Position numbers and translations under genes: made by a program
Notes under the pieces: model-generated
What the model was told of the DNA's origin: nothing
Databases searched by the model: none
The model's input: the letters and a program-made list of their open reading frames with translations, nothing else
Assembly: GCA_001643675.2 (NCBI GenBank)
Contig: LSRY02000040.1
Location: forward strand, 186,001-250,000
Length of the DNA stretch: 64,000 nt
Origin: Monocercomonoides exilis PA203
Lineage: Eukaryota > Protista > Preaxostyla
Direction: 5' to 3'
In this document: positions 13,790 to 25,452 of the stretch, one piece after another
How positions within the stretch are numbered: the first letter of the stretch is position 1
How the letters are laid out: each line of letters begins with the position of its first letter

Positions 13790-15700
13790 TTCCACTGTTG
13801 TCTCGCCACCTGGAAAGAAAGCCAACTATTTCTTCTTTATCATCTTCAGTTCTTTCGCTCATCACTTTTTCCTTATGCAACGTGGTCAAATGAAAGACCA
13901 TTTGTTCACAATGAGACTTCTTCCTCCCCTTTGCCATTCATCTTCCTCTGAAGAGTTCATCTGGCTCATTTCATTTCATTTGCGACAAACATCTTCTTCT
14001 TCCACATTTCTGTCCAATTTGGGATATTGAGGCACTTCATCAAGCAAAACAGTTTGCCCATGATCAGACAACACACAACCATCTTCAATGATGTTTCTTG
14101 TTTCTTCGAAGAAACAGGTTCATTTCTTTCATCTGAGCATCCTCAAAGAAAGAAAGTTCAAAATCAACAGAACCAAGCCATAGATGAGTCATGATCAATC
14201 AACAATCGAACCATATTTTTTACAGAATGGAATAAAACTCTGTCTCAGGAGCACACAAAATGGATGAGTTGTTGGATGTTGAATGTGCGATTGCTCATTG
14301 AGAAGAGGAAAGATGAATTTGATGATGAGATGAACAATGCTGAATGTTTGCATTGAAGAAAAGAGGAGAATGAGATGTTGAATGAATGGAGATGGTTGTT
14401 TGGGATGGAACAAAGAGAAAGGGAGAATCTGAGATGAAGGCAGAAACGAGCTGAGAAAGAAGGAAGAAAAATAAGAGAATGTTATGAATGAAGAAATTGA
14501 TTCGAAAAAAATGTCATATTTGCACTTCATTCAGACAGATTGACACAGGCTTCAACATCAACATTTGCTTCCTCTTCTTTTGCATCACTGTCTTCATCAA
14601 ACAAAGCATAAGAATTTCAATCAAAACATCTTCTTCCTCTGAAATTTAGGGGAGCAGTGTTGTTCTTTCCAAAATCTTTAAATGGAATTATATCCTTCTG
14701 TTTAAAAGGAAACATTGAAGAAGAAAAAAAAAAGACAAAGAAAATCCTTTTCTGTTTCTTCTCCTTCATTCAGAACTGTTCATTGAAAACAGATGAAATT
14801 CATATTTCTTTTCTCCTTCTTCATGAACAACAATTGCTTTGAAAAGTTTTTCTCCTTCTTTTTCTTCTTCTCCAACTTATTTGGATGATCAAACGAGGAA
14901 GGCAACAGAATCCCAAAAACAATTTGGTTAACAGGTTTCAAGAAACGCAAGTGAAGAAAGAGAAAGTGATGAGGAAGATTGTCTGGAAAGGAGAGGAAGA
15001 AAAAGAAAGAAGTTGATGATGAGGAGAAATTCTTCAAACAATCATCATCAATTCAAACAGAATTCTAAAAACACTTCAAAAAAGACTTCTTTCTTTTGCT
15101 TCACCCAAAGCATGTTCAACTTTCTTTCAATCACCACTGAAGAAGCTGTTGTTGTTCATTGTGTCTTTTCAGCATGTTCAGCAACCACAAAGGAGGATGA
15201 TGATTTGACAAGAGATGTTCTTTGCAGAGAAGCCAATGCAGAAGATGAAACATTCTGAGAGTGTTAGATGAGAAATGAGTGAAAAGACAGATGTTTCTTC
15301 TTTCACTGAGGGTGCTGTTCGCTGAGGAAAAAGAAAAAAAAGGCAGGGCTAAAGAGAGATTCAAAAAGGGTTGTCCATTCATTCTCATCAGCCACTGAAG
15401 TCCAATAACAAATTTTTGGTTTGCTCCAAAGAAGAGAAAAGTATGTATAATGAATCTGAATTTCCTTCCGCTCTCTTCATTCTTTTGGCTGAGCAGCAGA
15501 ATTCTCTGATTCATTTTTTCTGGGTTTTTGATGAACAACCAAAGATGTTGTTGAATTGTTGTGCTTCCTGAATGCTTCTCATTGCACAGCTGCCTTCACG
15601 ACATTTCTCATCTGATCTCCATTCAATCCAAGTCATATGGATTTCTTATTTCCCAAAGCATGTGATGAAAACAAATGAAAAATGTCTTTTACATTCATTG
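13790..15700 (+). pseudogene. Possible very old DIRS pol relic
   Basis: Only faint, correctly ordered echoes of RT, RNase H and MTase motifs across frames: IFSSFAHHF (like DLSSAYHH), ILKERKFKINRTK, LTQAS (like TDAS), SLKTDE (like IRTDN). No long ORF. Confidence 0.3.
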
Positions 15701-16402
15701 TTGCTTTCCCACTAATCATTTGTCCCGCCATCCTTGATGTTGGAGATGACCTTCAAGAATTTTTATTATTTGTTCATTTCACTGCAAAACAATTTAGCCA
15801 TGTTCTTCTGCTGTTTGACTGATTTTCGAATTTAATCGACAATTCCTTTTTGATTTTTGTCTTTTTTATTCCTTTCAATTATCCAATGAATCATCTTGAA
15901 TGAAAACTGAAAAGTGAAAAACAAGAAAATAATCAAATAAAATTCATTGAGCATGCAAACATCTGTTTTCATTATTATCAATCTGAACATTGTTTGAAAA
16001 CGGTAGAAAAAGAATTTTCTTGAATGAAATTTGGTTGATTTATTTCTTTTTCTTTTCTGAAAATTTCAATTTCTGTGTAATTAGCATAACCAATTTCAAA
16101 TCAATAAAAAACAAGCTCACTTTGCAAAATGTGAAAGATAATCGAAATCAATTTTATCATCTTGAATTTCTATTGGTTAGATCAAAAAGAAACAAAAGAT
16201 TTTTGTTTCTTGCTTCATACAGCCAATCCTTGCGACTTCTTTGCACTCCGTTTTGCCCTTCTTTTTATAAAGCAAAAATTTAATAGTTTGTATTGAAATC
16301 CTTAAAATTTTGTAAGATTATCAACAATGTCTGTATTTATCTTTTATTTTGTTATATTCAAGGCTTTTCCGCTATTTTTGAATATTTTTAATAACAAATA
16401 GA

Positions 16403-17851
16403 ATGAGTTTGTCAGATGATGATATTTCTGAAGATGAAACTCTGACTACGGCCAGAACCGAGCAGTTTTCAAGTTTGTTCTTTTATTTGGATTGAACCAT
16501 TCTGAACAATATTTTTGTTTTTTGAATGCCTTTTGAAGAATTGTTTTGTGAACTGGAAGATTGCAGAGAAGATGAACAAATGCAGAAAATCAAGGAAATG
16601 AATGGATTAATTGATGAAATGGATGAAGAAGAATTTGAATCGATTTTCACAATAGAACTGTTCGATACAATCTACAGAATGATTGAAGAAAAGACATTGT
16701 CATGGAGAAACGCAACCTTGTTGTTGAAACATGTTGGATGTTGCAAAGTACTGAAAAAGATTGAATTATTTTCTTTTGATGATTCATTATTGAGCGAAAG
16801 GATGAAAGAGATGATAATTGATGAAAATGAGAAGAAGAAAGAAGAAAAGAATGAAAAGCATTTGATTGACCTCTGTGAATGCTATTTGTTGTTGAACAGA
16901 TGGCCTTCATCTGAAATGGATTCAATCTATGTACCTTGCCTTCTGAAAGTTGCATTGAAGAAAGACGAGACCGAAGAAGCTCAGAAGGAAGTTGAAATGG
17001 CGTTGCTGGCTTTGAGCAATATTGGAAATTGGGTTTGAGAACATTTTTCCATTTTGATATTTTTGCATATTTTCCTCATTTTTTTTCAAAAGGAAATTGA
17101 ACAAGAACTGTATTTGAACGAGATAACAGAAATCATCAGATATCATCAGGAGCATCACAACCTCACTCGACTTGCCTATCAGTCTGCTTGGCAGTTTTTG
17201 ATAAAAAGATTTTATTGGGACAAAAGCCTGGAAGAAGTAATTGTGAATGAACTTCATTTTTCGAAAGAGGCAGCAAGAGAACTGGAAGATCTGTCAAAGA
17301 GTGTGGATTGGAAGAGAAAAGAAGAGGAAAAAGGAGAAAGGGAAGCGAAGAATGTGCTTGTTATCGAGAGATGGTTCGATGTGATTTATGAGTTCTTATA
17401 TTCAAACACATTGTGGAACGAAGAACTTGCTGGACTTATCAATTGCATTGTTCAAGTGTTACGAGCATCAAGGGGCAATCACAAAGATATTCGCAATGGA
17501 TGTCTCGATTCACTTCGATGTGCATCAGAAAAGCGAGATATGGAAATTGATGATATGCTGAAAAGCGGAGCTGTTGATGCTGTTTTGGAGGAAATGAATC
17601 AATCAACTTTGGGAGATGATATTTTGTGGAATTGCTTGATTTTCTTTTTGAATATTTCAGAAAGATTGAATGAAAAGAAGGATGATGAAAAGGAAGCATC
17701 GAAAAGAAAGTTGATCAAAAGAAAGATGTTTGAAAAGATGGAAGAAGAAGGATTTGAAGACAGCGTCTTCAGATTGTGCCATTGCAAGCTAATGGGAAAA
17801 GATTATTATTCTTTGATGTTCAGACCTTTTAATTTTCTCTTTTTTTTCTAA
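16403..17851 (+). CDS. Lineage-specific alpha-helical multigene family member (copy 2, 3 exons)
   Basis: ATG at 16403; intron 1 GTTTGT...AAG precedes 'LFCELE'; intron 2 at about 17032-17091. ORFs 16526-17038 and 17054-17851 are paralogous to copies 1 and 3. Confidence 0.78.
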
Positions 17852-20800
17852 TTTGAATTGTTTTCAATTTTTTTCAAAAAAAAAATCAATTTTTTAACTT
17901 GCAATTTTAAATTTTTGATTTTATTTTATTTTTTGAAGAAGAAGAAGAATATTCATAAGAATTTTTTTCTTTTTGTTTTCTGTGATGGAATGTCTTGAAA
18001 AAGGTTGTTTTGTCCAACGATTATGTTGTGTTTTGATTGTTTTGATTTTTGAAGTGACATGAGATTTGGAGTGGAGTGAATTGTTTGGGTGAGAAATGCC
18101 CCAATAAATCCCTTTGTTCTCTGTTATTCCTCGTTGAGAAAAGTCATTTTGTGTGACATTTCTCGAAATATCAAGTGCTTGCAGCAAAACAAAACATTTT
18201 GAAGATAACGCTGCTTTGTCCATGCGCATGCATTCACAAAAGCATTATGCACAACATAACAATCAAATATTCATCAATTTGTTTTTTTGATTTTTTTTTT
18301 TGTGAAAAGACACATAATTTAATATTTCTTTTCTTTTTTTTATTTTTTTTTTTGTTTGCATCATCAAGAGAAATGATTCGGCTTTTGCAGCAGGGAGACG
18401 GCCGGGGCAGGGCGCAGAAGGGGGCATCCTCGCTGAATGAATATCTGGGGGTGCTGATCGGGTTCAATGGGAAATATGAAGGGTGCGCGCGAAATGAGCG
18501 TTTGGTGATTGTAGTTGGAAAGAGCGGGGCCGGGAAGAGCACGCTGATAAATGCGGTGCTGGGGGCGAAGATGGAGGAGAATGGGGAGGGGAAGGTGGTG
18601 AAAGTTGGGGGAGCGGGGAGAGGGCCGAGGATCGGGGACGGGATTGTTTCAGAAACGCAGTTTGCAGAATGCTTCGAGCTGGACGGGGCGACTGTGCTGG
18701 ACACGAAGGGGTTTGTGGGGTCGAACATCGATGCGGAGGGGGACATTGTGAGCGTGCTGGTGATGGAGGCGAACAGGAGAAAAGCGAAAAACGTGATGGT
18801 TGTTTATGTTTCGGAATATGAGAATTTGTGCAACGTGTCGAAAATGAGGGAAGACGCGGAGTTCATAAGCAAGATATGCGAGGACGGGGAGCTGCCGGTA
18901 GTGTTTGTTGCGAACAAGTGCAAGTTGAGATGGGCGATGAAAGAGAAAAGCAGCGGGCAGCTTGGAGATGTGCTGATCGAGAAGGTTCAAGCGCGCCTTC
19001 ACGAGGATTTGGGAAAGCTGTACCGGGAGCAGATGAGGGAAATCCGGGGCAAGTTTTTTGGGGAAGAGAAAGGGGAAGGGGAAGGAAGTGGGGAAGGGGT
19101 GAGCGAAAAGGAGATGATGGCGGTGCTTGAGAAAAGCAGAGTGGAAGAAGAAGGATTGGTGAGGAAGGCAGACATTGAAAAATGCTTGAGGCAGGTGAAG
19201 ACGCTGTGTGTGCTGAAAAGGGCGGCTGAAGGCGGAAGGCTGCTGTACTACGACCCAGTGGACTTTTACTCGGTGGAAAGGATCAAGTCGATGGTGCATG
19301 ACGCGAACTATTTTGTTGGGGCCGAGCGTGTTTGGCTTGGGGGGAGCACGGCAGAGTCGGAGGAGTTTGTTGGCGGGGTGTCGGGAATAGCGGGTGCACT
19401 GAGGCTGCTTGTGGGAGCGATGAGAGGGAGGCGGGGGGTTCCGAGATGCTTGAAAGAGGTGGTGGGTGTGTGTGGGGACTTTGAGTGCAAGTGTTGCGGA
19501 GGGTATGGGGTGGTGAGCGAGAGCATGAGGGATGTGGAGGCCACGCTGAAGAAAATCCGGATTGGGAGGGAAGGGAGGGGCAGGGAGGGCGGAAGAGACG
19601 GGAAAGAGGAAAGGGAAGGGAAAGAGGAAGGGGAAGGGGAGATGGATGCGTACGAGCGATTGAAGGAGCAGTATGAAGCAGAGATTGGCCGGCTTGACTC
19701 GGAGGAGGTTGTGAAATACGAGACGATGAGCTTCCGGAAGCACAGCAACCGGCTGCAGAACCAGAAGCGGTTTGAGAAGCGGATCGAAGTGGCGAACACG
19801 ACGTTCAAGTTTATTGCGGGGAACAGCTACACGTTTTCAGATGAAAAAGAGCAGAGGTCGGGGATAGAGGGAGGGGTGTTTCGGGCGGTGTACAAAGCGC
19901 CGAATCCGACGATGGTGGCGGGGAGTGTGGTGGCCGGGATGATGAAAGGGAAGTTCAAGCACCTGGTGAGAAGCGATGCGAGCGAGTGCAAAGGGACGGT
20001 GGAGCTGTATGCGCCGAGCCGGGACATCCCGGAAAACAAGGAGAAGATTGAGAAGCTGAAGGGGCGAGTGCAGAAGCTGAAGGAGAAAAGGGAGGAGTGG
20101 GAGGGGAATGCTGTGCACATGAGGGAGCTGAGGGAGAAATTCTATCGTTTGAAGGAGATAGTGGAGAAGAAGAGAGAGGAGGAGGAGAGATGGAGCAGCC
20201 GCCGGTCAGCACTGGCAGGGTGTGTGGAGTTCTGCGAGGAGTGCGACAAGCTGTGGGAGAGCTACAAGGACTTTGCATTGCAGCTGAACCAGTTTGTGAA
20301 GAATTATGTTCCTGAGAGGTATATTGCTGAGGCGAGAGGAGAAAGAGCAGCTGAATTAGATTGTTTTCGGTTGTCATCATCTGTTTCTGTTCCTTCCTCT
20401 TCCTCTTCCTCTTCTTCTTCTTCTTCCTCTTCTTCCTCTTCCTCTTCCTCTTCCTCTTCCTTTTCCTCTTCCTCTTCTTCATCAACTTTCACTTCTCCTT
20501 CTCCTTCTCTTGCATTTCAATCCGAAGAAATATTAAGAGATTATCATTCCACTTCAATATCTTCTCCTCTTCCTCTCCCTTCTTTCCCTTCTCTCCCTTC
20601 TCTTCCTTCTCTTCCTTCTCTTCCTTCTCTTCCTCCTCTTCCTTCTCTTCCTTCTCTTCCTCCTCCTCCTTCCCCTTCTCGATATCTTCCTGTTAGCAGT
20701 GCTTCATCACCGTCGTCTTTTTCTTCTTCATTTCCTTCTTCTTCTCCTTCTCTTTCATCTTTTTCGCCTTCTTCCTCAAACACCTCTTCCTCTTCCTCTT

Positions 20801-22421
20801 CCTCTTCCACCTTTTCATCATCATCATTTTCTTCTTCTTCTTTTCCATCTCCTTTTTCACCTCCATTGTCTCCTCCATTGTCTCCTCCTCCATTGTCTCC
20901 TCCACTTTCTCCACCTCCTCTGTCTCTTTCCTCCCCTCTTCAGTTTTCTCTTCCTTCTTCTTTGTCTTCTTCTTCTTTTCCGTCTCCTCCATCTTCTCTA
21001 TATCTATCCAACTGTTCTGACTCATCATCATCATCGTCTTTTTCTTCTTCTTCTTCTTCTTCTTCTTCTTCTTCTTCTTCTTCTGAGTGTTCATGTGAAT
21101 GTTCTGCTGAGGCAGATTATAAAACATGTGAACAAATAGAACTGAATGAAACGAAAGAAAGAAAGAAAGAAAAAGACAATGAAGAAAAAGAAGAAAAAGA
21201 AGTTGAAAGCGAAAGAGCATCCTGTTTGTCGCAGAGTGTGGGAAAAGGAAAGGGAAAGGATGAGCGTTTCTCTGGTTCATCGGGAGGAGATGAAACTCTG
21301 ATGAGGCTTGCGAGATTTTTTGTTGCGATGGAAGAGCTGGAAGAGATGGGGGAGATGGGGGAGTCGGCAGAGTTGCAGCAGGATGTTTGTCTGAAGAGGG
21401 ATGGGCACCACGACCCAAATCTTGTTGGGGCAGCAGCTGAGACAATCAAGAGCCTTTGGAGCAGAATGGGTGAGTTTCGTTCGAGTTTAGAGGAATTCAA
21501 AAGGATAAATTTATAAACATTGATTGAAAGAAAGATGAAAGATCTCGTTGTGGTTGTATTTGACGTTTTATTTTATCTTTTTTTCTTGTTATAAATTTGA
21601 AAAGTGATTTTTCTTTTGCGCGGGTTTTATTTTGATTTATTTATTATGAGAAAAATGACCTTCCCTTATTCATTTTTTTCTTAAATATGGACTTATTTTC
21701 GAATTGCGGTAATATTCAATTTCATTTGATTTAATTTTAATTTTAATTTTTGTTTAATTTTAATTTTAATTTTAATTTTAATTTTTTGATTTGCTTTTCT
21801 TTGCTTTGCTTGCTGTTTGTATTGTTATTTTTCTTTTATATAATTTCCATTTACAACAAAACAGGGTCTTTTTATGAAATCTTGTAATTTGGATGAATGT
21901 TTGAAAAAAAAATAAATAAAACGAAAATTTGTAACAAGACAGCTAATTTTTGCATTTTCACAACAACGAATTCACGAAATGAAGTGCCACTTATCTTCAA
22001 TATCTTCAAAGAATACAAAGAATACAAAGATCTGAATTCTGCTTTATTGAAATGTGTGAACCAAAAGCACAGTTTGAGGAAAGATATGGGTGATTATTTT
22101 TGCAATCATATATGTGTGTGTGTGTTTATGTATTGTTTGTTTGTATGTTTGTTTGTTTTGAACTTGGCTTGAAAATCGATTCAAAAAAAAAAAGTGCAAC
22201 ACACAACAAGTATTATGAAAAACTCATTTGAGATTAAAGAAAATCTTGGAACTGGAAAAAATGTTGTCTGTTTTATTGGATTTATCTCCTTGTTTTTCAA
22301 ACAAAATGTCCTGTCGAAATGTTTTGATTGAAAGAATGTGACATGGAAAAAAAAACACCAGGTGATTTTTTGTTGTTGCTTATTCATCGAAAAGAAATTG
22401 CGATAATTTGTTTGGAGATAT
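17729..22421 (+). repeat. Left arm of a large near-identical inverted duplication (partner 57979-62689)
   Basis: Reverse-complement near identity covers intergenic DNA and the GTPase gene. More diverged homology continues through the family gene to about 16.4 kb and to the window end. Confidence 0.95.
18373..21516 (+). CDS. P-loop GTPase (TRAFAC class; AIG1/MMR_HSR1-like N-terminal domain) with coiled-coil and Ser/Pro-rich tail
   Basis: G1 GKSGAGKST, putative G2 SET, G3 DTKG, G4-like ANKC. Uninterrupted ORF. The likely start is ATG 18373, because the upstream extension of the ORF is T-rich and looks non-coding. Confidence 0.8.
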   Translation: MIRLLQQGDGRGRAQKGASSLNEYLGVLIGFNGKYEGCARNERLVIVVGKSGAGKSTLINAVLGAKMEENGEGKVVKVGGAGRGPRIGDGIVSETQFAECFELDGATVLDTKGFVGSNIDAEGDIVSVLVMEANRRKAKNVMVVYVSEYENLCNVSKMREDAEFISKICEDGELPVVFVANKCKLRWAMKEKSSGQLGDVLIEKVQARLHEDLGKLYREQMREIRGKFFGEEKGEGEGSGEGVSEKEMMAVLEKSRVEEEGLVRKADIEKCLRQVKTLCVLKRAAEGGRLLYYDPVDFYSVERIKSMVHDANYFVGAERVWLGGSTAESEEFVGGVSGIAGALRLLVGAMRGRRGVPRCLKEVVGVCGDFECKCCGGYGVVSESMRDVEATLKKIRIGREGRGREGGRDGKEEREGKEEGEGEMDAYERLKEQYEAEIGRLDSEEVVKYETMSFRKHSNRLQNQKRFEKRIEVANTTFKFIAGNSYTFSDEKEQRSGIEGGVFRAVYKAPNPTMVAGSVVAGMMKGKFKHLVRSDASECKGTVELYAPSRDIPENKEKIEKLKGRVQKLKEKREEWEGNAVHMRELREKFYRLKEIVEKKREEEERWSSRRSALAGCVEFCEECDKLWESYKDFALQLNQFVKNYVPERYIAEARGERAAELDCFRLSSSVSVPSSSSSSSSSSSSSSSSSSSSSSFSSSSSSSTFTSPSPSLAFQSEEILRDYHSTSISSPLPLPSFPSLPSLPSLPSLPSLPPLPSLPSLPPPPSPSRYLPVSSASSPSSFSSSFPSSSPSLSSFSPSSSNTSSSSSSSSTFSSSSFSSSSFPSPFSPPLSPPLSPPPLSPPLSPPPLSLSSPLQFSLPSSLSSSSFPSPPSSLYLSNCSDSSSSSSFSSSSSSSSSSSSSSECSCECSAEADYKTCEQIELNETKERKKEKDNEEKEEKEVESERASCLSQSVGKGKGKDERFSGSSGGDETLMRLARFFVAMEELEEMGEMGESAELQQDVCLKRDGHHDPNLVGAAAETIKSLWSRMGEFRSSLEEFKRINL

Positions 22422-22422
22422 T

Positions 22423-23211
22423 CACCATTTATTATTTAAATTTGGTAAACTTATTATTCGAAATTGTTAAACTTGTTATTCAAAATTGGTCAACTAATTA
22501 TTCGAAATTAATAAACTTAATATTCGAAATTGGTAAACTTCTTATTCAAAATTAATAAAATTCAGTATTTTTTATTAAAAATTTTTTTGATATAATATGA
22601 TCACTGGCTGATTGTCAGAAAGTGATTAAAATGTTTTGTTTTTTCATTATTCTTAAAAAGAATGAAAATTGAACCCCAATTTTTATTATTTGTGAATAAA
22701 TTTGAAATTTCTGATTTTTCAGAAAAAAATCATCATCCATGAAATCGGATAATTTTCAAACGAATAAACATCACATTGCTTGGCAAAACATCATTCAATC
22801 AATTTATTTTATTTGTGTTTAAATATGCAAAGAAGATCAATAAAAACAAATGAAGAATTCTTGTTAACAGTTTGTTAAATTGATATAAAAAAATATTTTG
22901 ATTGAATGATGTTTTGCCAAGCAATGTGATGTTTATTCGTTTGAAAATTATCCGATTTCATGGATGATGATTTTTTTCTGAAAAATCAGAAATTTCAAAT
23001 TTATTCACAAATAATAAAAATTGGGGTTCAATTTTCATTCTTTTTAAGAATAATGAAAAAACAAAACATTTTAATCACTTTCTGACAATCAGCCAGTGAT
23101 CATATTATATCAAAAAAATTTTTAATAAAAAATACTGAATTTTATTAATTTTGAATAAGAAGTTTACCGATTTCGAATAATAAGTTTATTAATTTCGAAT
23201 AATAAATGGTG
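22423..23211. mobile_element. Foldback/MITE-like element with ~310-380 bp inverted arms and 22-bp subterminal tandem repeats
   Basis: Termini CACCATTTATTATT...AATAATAAATGGTG. Arms 22423-22802 and 22898-23211 surround a ~95-bp spacer. The 22-bp unit (about TTATTATTCGAAATTGGTAAAC) occurs 6 times on the left and 3 times on the right. Flanked by TT and TA. Confidence 0.85.
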
Positions 23212-24033
23212 TAGTGTGTGTAAATAAATGTGGACGTATTCAATGTTTGTGGACAGATCCATTATCTCAACAATTGTTTATGATTTCATTTTAGCAATAA
23301 ACTGATTTTGTACGAAAATATTTGCTTTAAGAATTTTGTTCAACGTGGAACTTTCAAAGATTTTCCTCGATTTTTGAATATTTCTACAGGATATTTTGCA
23401 TGAGAATGACCGAAAAATAATTTAATGATTGCAATTTAAGTTTGAAACAAATTATTGATATTTTCATAAAAGCGAATATTCTGCTTCATTTATAAAAGAA
23501 AAAATTTTTTGACAAAATTATTTCGAATTAATAAATGATTTTTCGAAACAAGCTTTGGAATACTATTTTGTTCTTTTAAAAGACATTGTTATGAAAGTTT
23601 GAAGGTTTTCATTGAATTTTTTTCAGATGAATGATAAAGGTCAAATTTTTAAAAATGTCTCCAAGGATCAAAATGTTTTCCGATTGGAGAAAGCAATGAA
23701 ATACTCAGAGGACTTTATTAATCATAAATATTCAAATTTTCACTAATGAATTGGATTATCTATGAAAAACATCAGTATCAAAAAAAATGGTCCTTGTTAT
23801 AAATTATGATTTTATTTTTTGATCAATTTGAAAATTGATTATCTGGTGAAATAAGATTTGTTGCATTTTATCATAAAAGCTTCTGATCTAGACATTTGAG
23901 GTACGAAGTGTTTCGCAAGTTTTAACGTAAAAAAAATTATTTAAATATGAAATAACTTATTCTTTCATTTTCACTGTCTTTCTTTGTTAGAGCAATAAAA
24001 ATGAAAAACACTTATCATTGAGGTAAAAGAGAA

Positions 24034-25210
24034 TTGAATAATCTTCAAAAAAAAGGAAAAACGAAATGGATACAACAGAAAGTTAGTCCTTTTCATTGTG
24101 CGAATGGATTGGTTGCACATCGCAACAAGGAGGTGCTCTTTATGTGCATGACAATGAAAAAACCATTCTTAATATTGAAAATTCGTCTTTTGCTAAATGT
24201 GATGCTTCTTCAACAAGATGTGGAAGAATATTTGTAATGAATATTGCTGAATGGATTTTGCTCCATGCTCCATTTACACAATGTTTTGAAGCAAAAGCAA
24301 GCTCAAATGGTTGCAGTGGTGGAGGAGTTCAATTTGAAATTATAAATTCACAGCCTATAGTCGATGATTGTTCATTTCAAAATTACTCATCCGGCAACCA
24401 AAAACTCAAAAGCAGAAGGAGTGTATTATTAACTCCTTTTTCTTCTATTGCCGAAGTGGTCTATCGACATATGGTGAAGGAGGAGCAGTTCTCCATTGGA
24501 ATTCTGCAGACAAAGTTATTATTTCAAACTGCAAATTCAACAATTGCTATTCGATGTGTGGAGCGGGAGCTGTTGGCATTTAAATTAATAGTTTCAATTA
24601 TGGAACATTGTTTTATTACTGCTTTTTCCACAATAACTCATGTGTGAAAGGTGGGCATGACATTCTTTTTCAAGACTCTTCGCTAAACTACATTCATCCA
24701 AGCTGCTATTTAAACAGACAAACAGAAATCAGAGTTCGCACAAACTCGGGTTCAATCATTGACAGAAGTGAATGGTTTCGAAACGATTTTGGAACTATGA
24801 GATTTATTTCTTCATCCATAGCCAACATTGACTTTAAAGGCACTTTTTCATGTGGGATCAATGAAAGCAATCCGTGAAATACTATCACCCATTGTTTGAC
24901 AAAACTTATTCCTGACTATGTGACGGATGTAGAGATACTCGCAGGAACAATAACCGTGACAAAAAATGTGGACTGCAGTCCCAACACTTACACAATATAC
25001 GGCCAAAGTGAAATGAGAACAGCAATCCAAACAAAATTTTTAAAAATCAGGATTTTCTCTTTTTTGGAATCGACAGGCACATTGACTGTTAGGGGATTTG
25101 TTCTTTTGCATGATTCGGTACATGAAAATAATCGAGCCTCAAGGCTGTTTGAGATTACAGGAGCAGGAGATCTGAGGATAAGCTCGCTGAACATATCACC
25201 TGGAAGCTGA
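24034..25210 (+). pseudogene. Decayed GGA(I/L/V)-repeat, parallel beta-helix/Pmp-like surface protein gene
   Basis: Frameshifted fragments contain GGALYV, SGGGV, EGGAV and GGHD motifs alternating with SFxxC/FxNC. CGINESNP is followed by a stop. Confidence 0.6.
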
Positions 25211-25452
25211 GAACTCCACAATAATGTCAGTTTCCACAAAGTTGACTAATTTTTTTTTTATCAAGAATTATTAATGGAAAATGTTAACTGAGCAAGGATC
25301 ACAAAAATATTTCATTATAAACATCTTCTTTTCAATTAAGGTTTCATTTGCGCGTTTTGAATTTGCCATTAACGGGATTTCGAGAATAATTAGGAATGTG
25401 CAAGATGATAATGAGAAAAGAAAGAGATAGACGCAAATGCATGGGAACAAGG

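Noticed and set aside
18175-18372. N-terminal hydrophobic (FFFLFFF) extension of the GTPase as a signal or transmembrane segment
   Set aside because: It starts at a non-ATG codon and derives from T-rich sequence that looks non-coding. ATG 18373 marks the compositional switch. An upstream spliced exon cannot be excluded.
18649-21500. Long antisense and overlapping ORFs across both GTPase genes
   Set aside because: These are expected shadows of GC-rich and triplet-repeat coding sequence and carry no motifs.
22429-22560. 22-bp tandem repeats as a CRISPR array
   Set aside because: The units are contiguous with no unique spacers, they are mirrored at 23.14-23.21 kb as part of a foldback element, there are no cas genes, and the context is eukaryotic.
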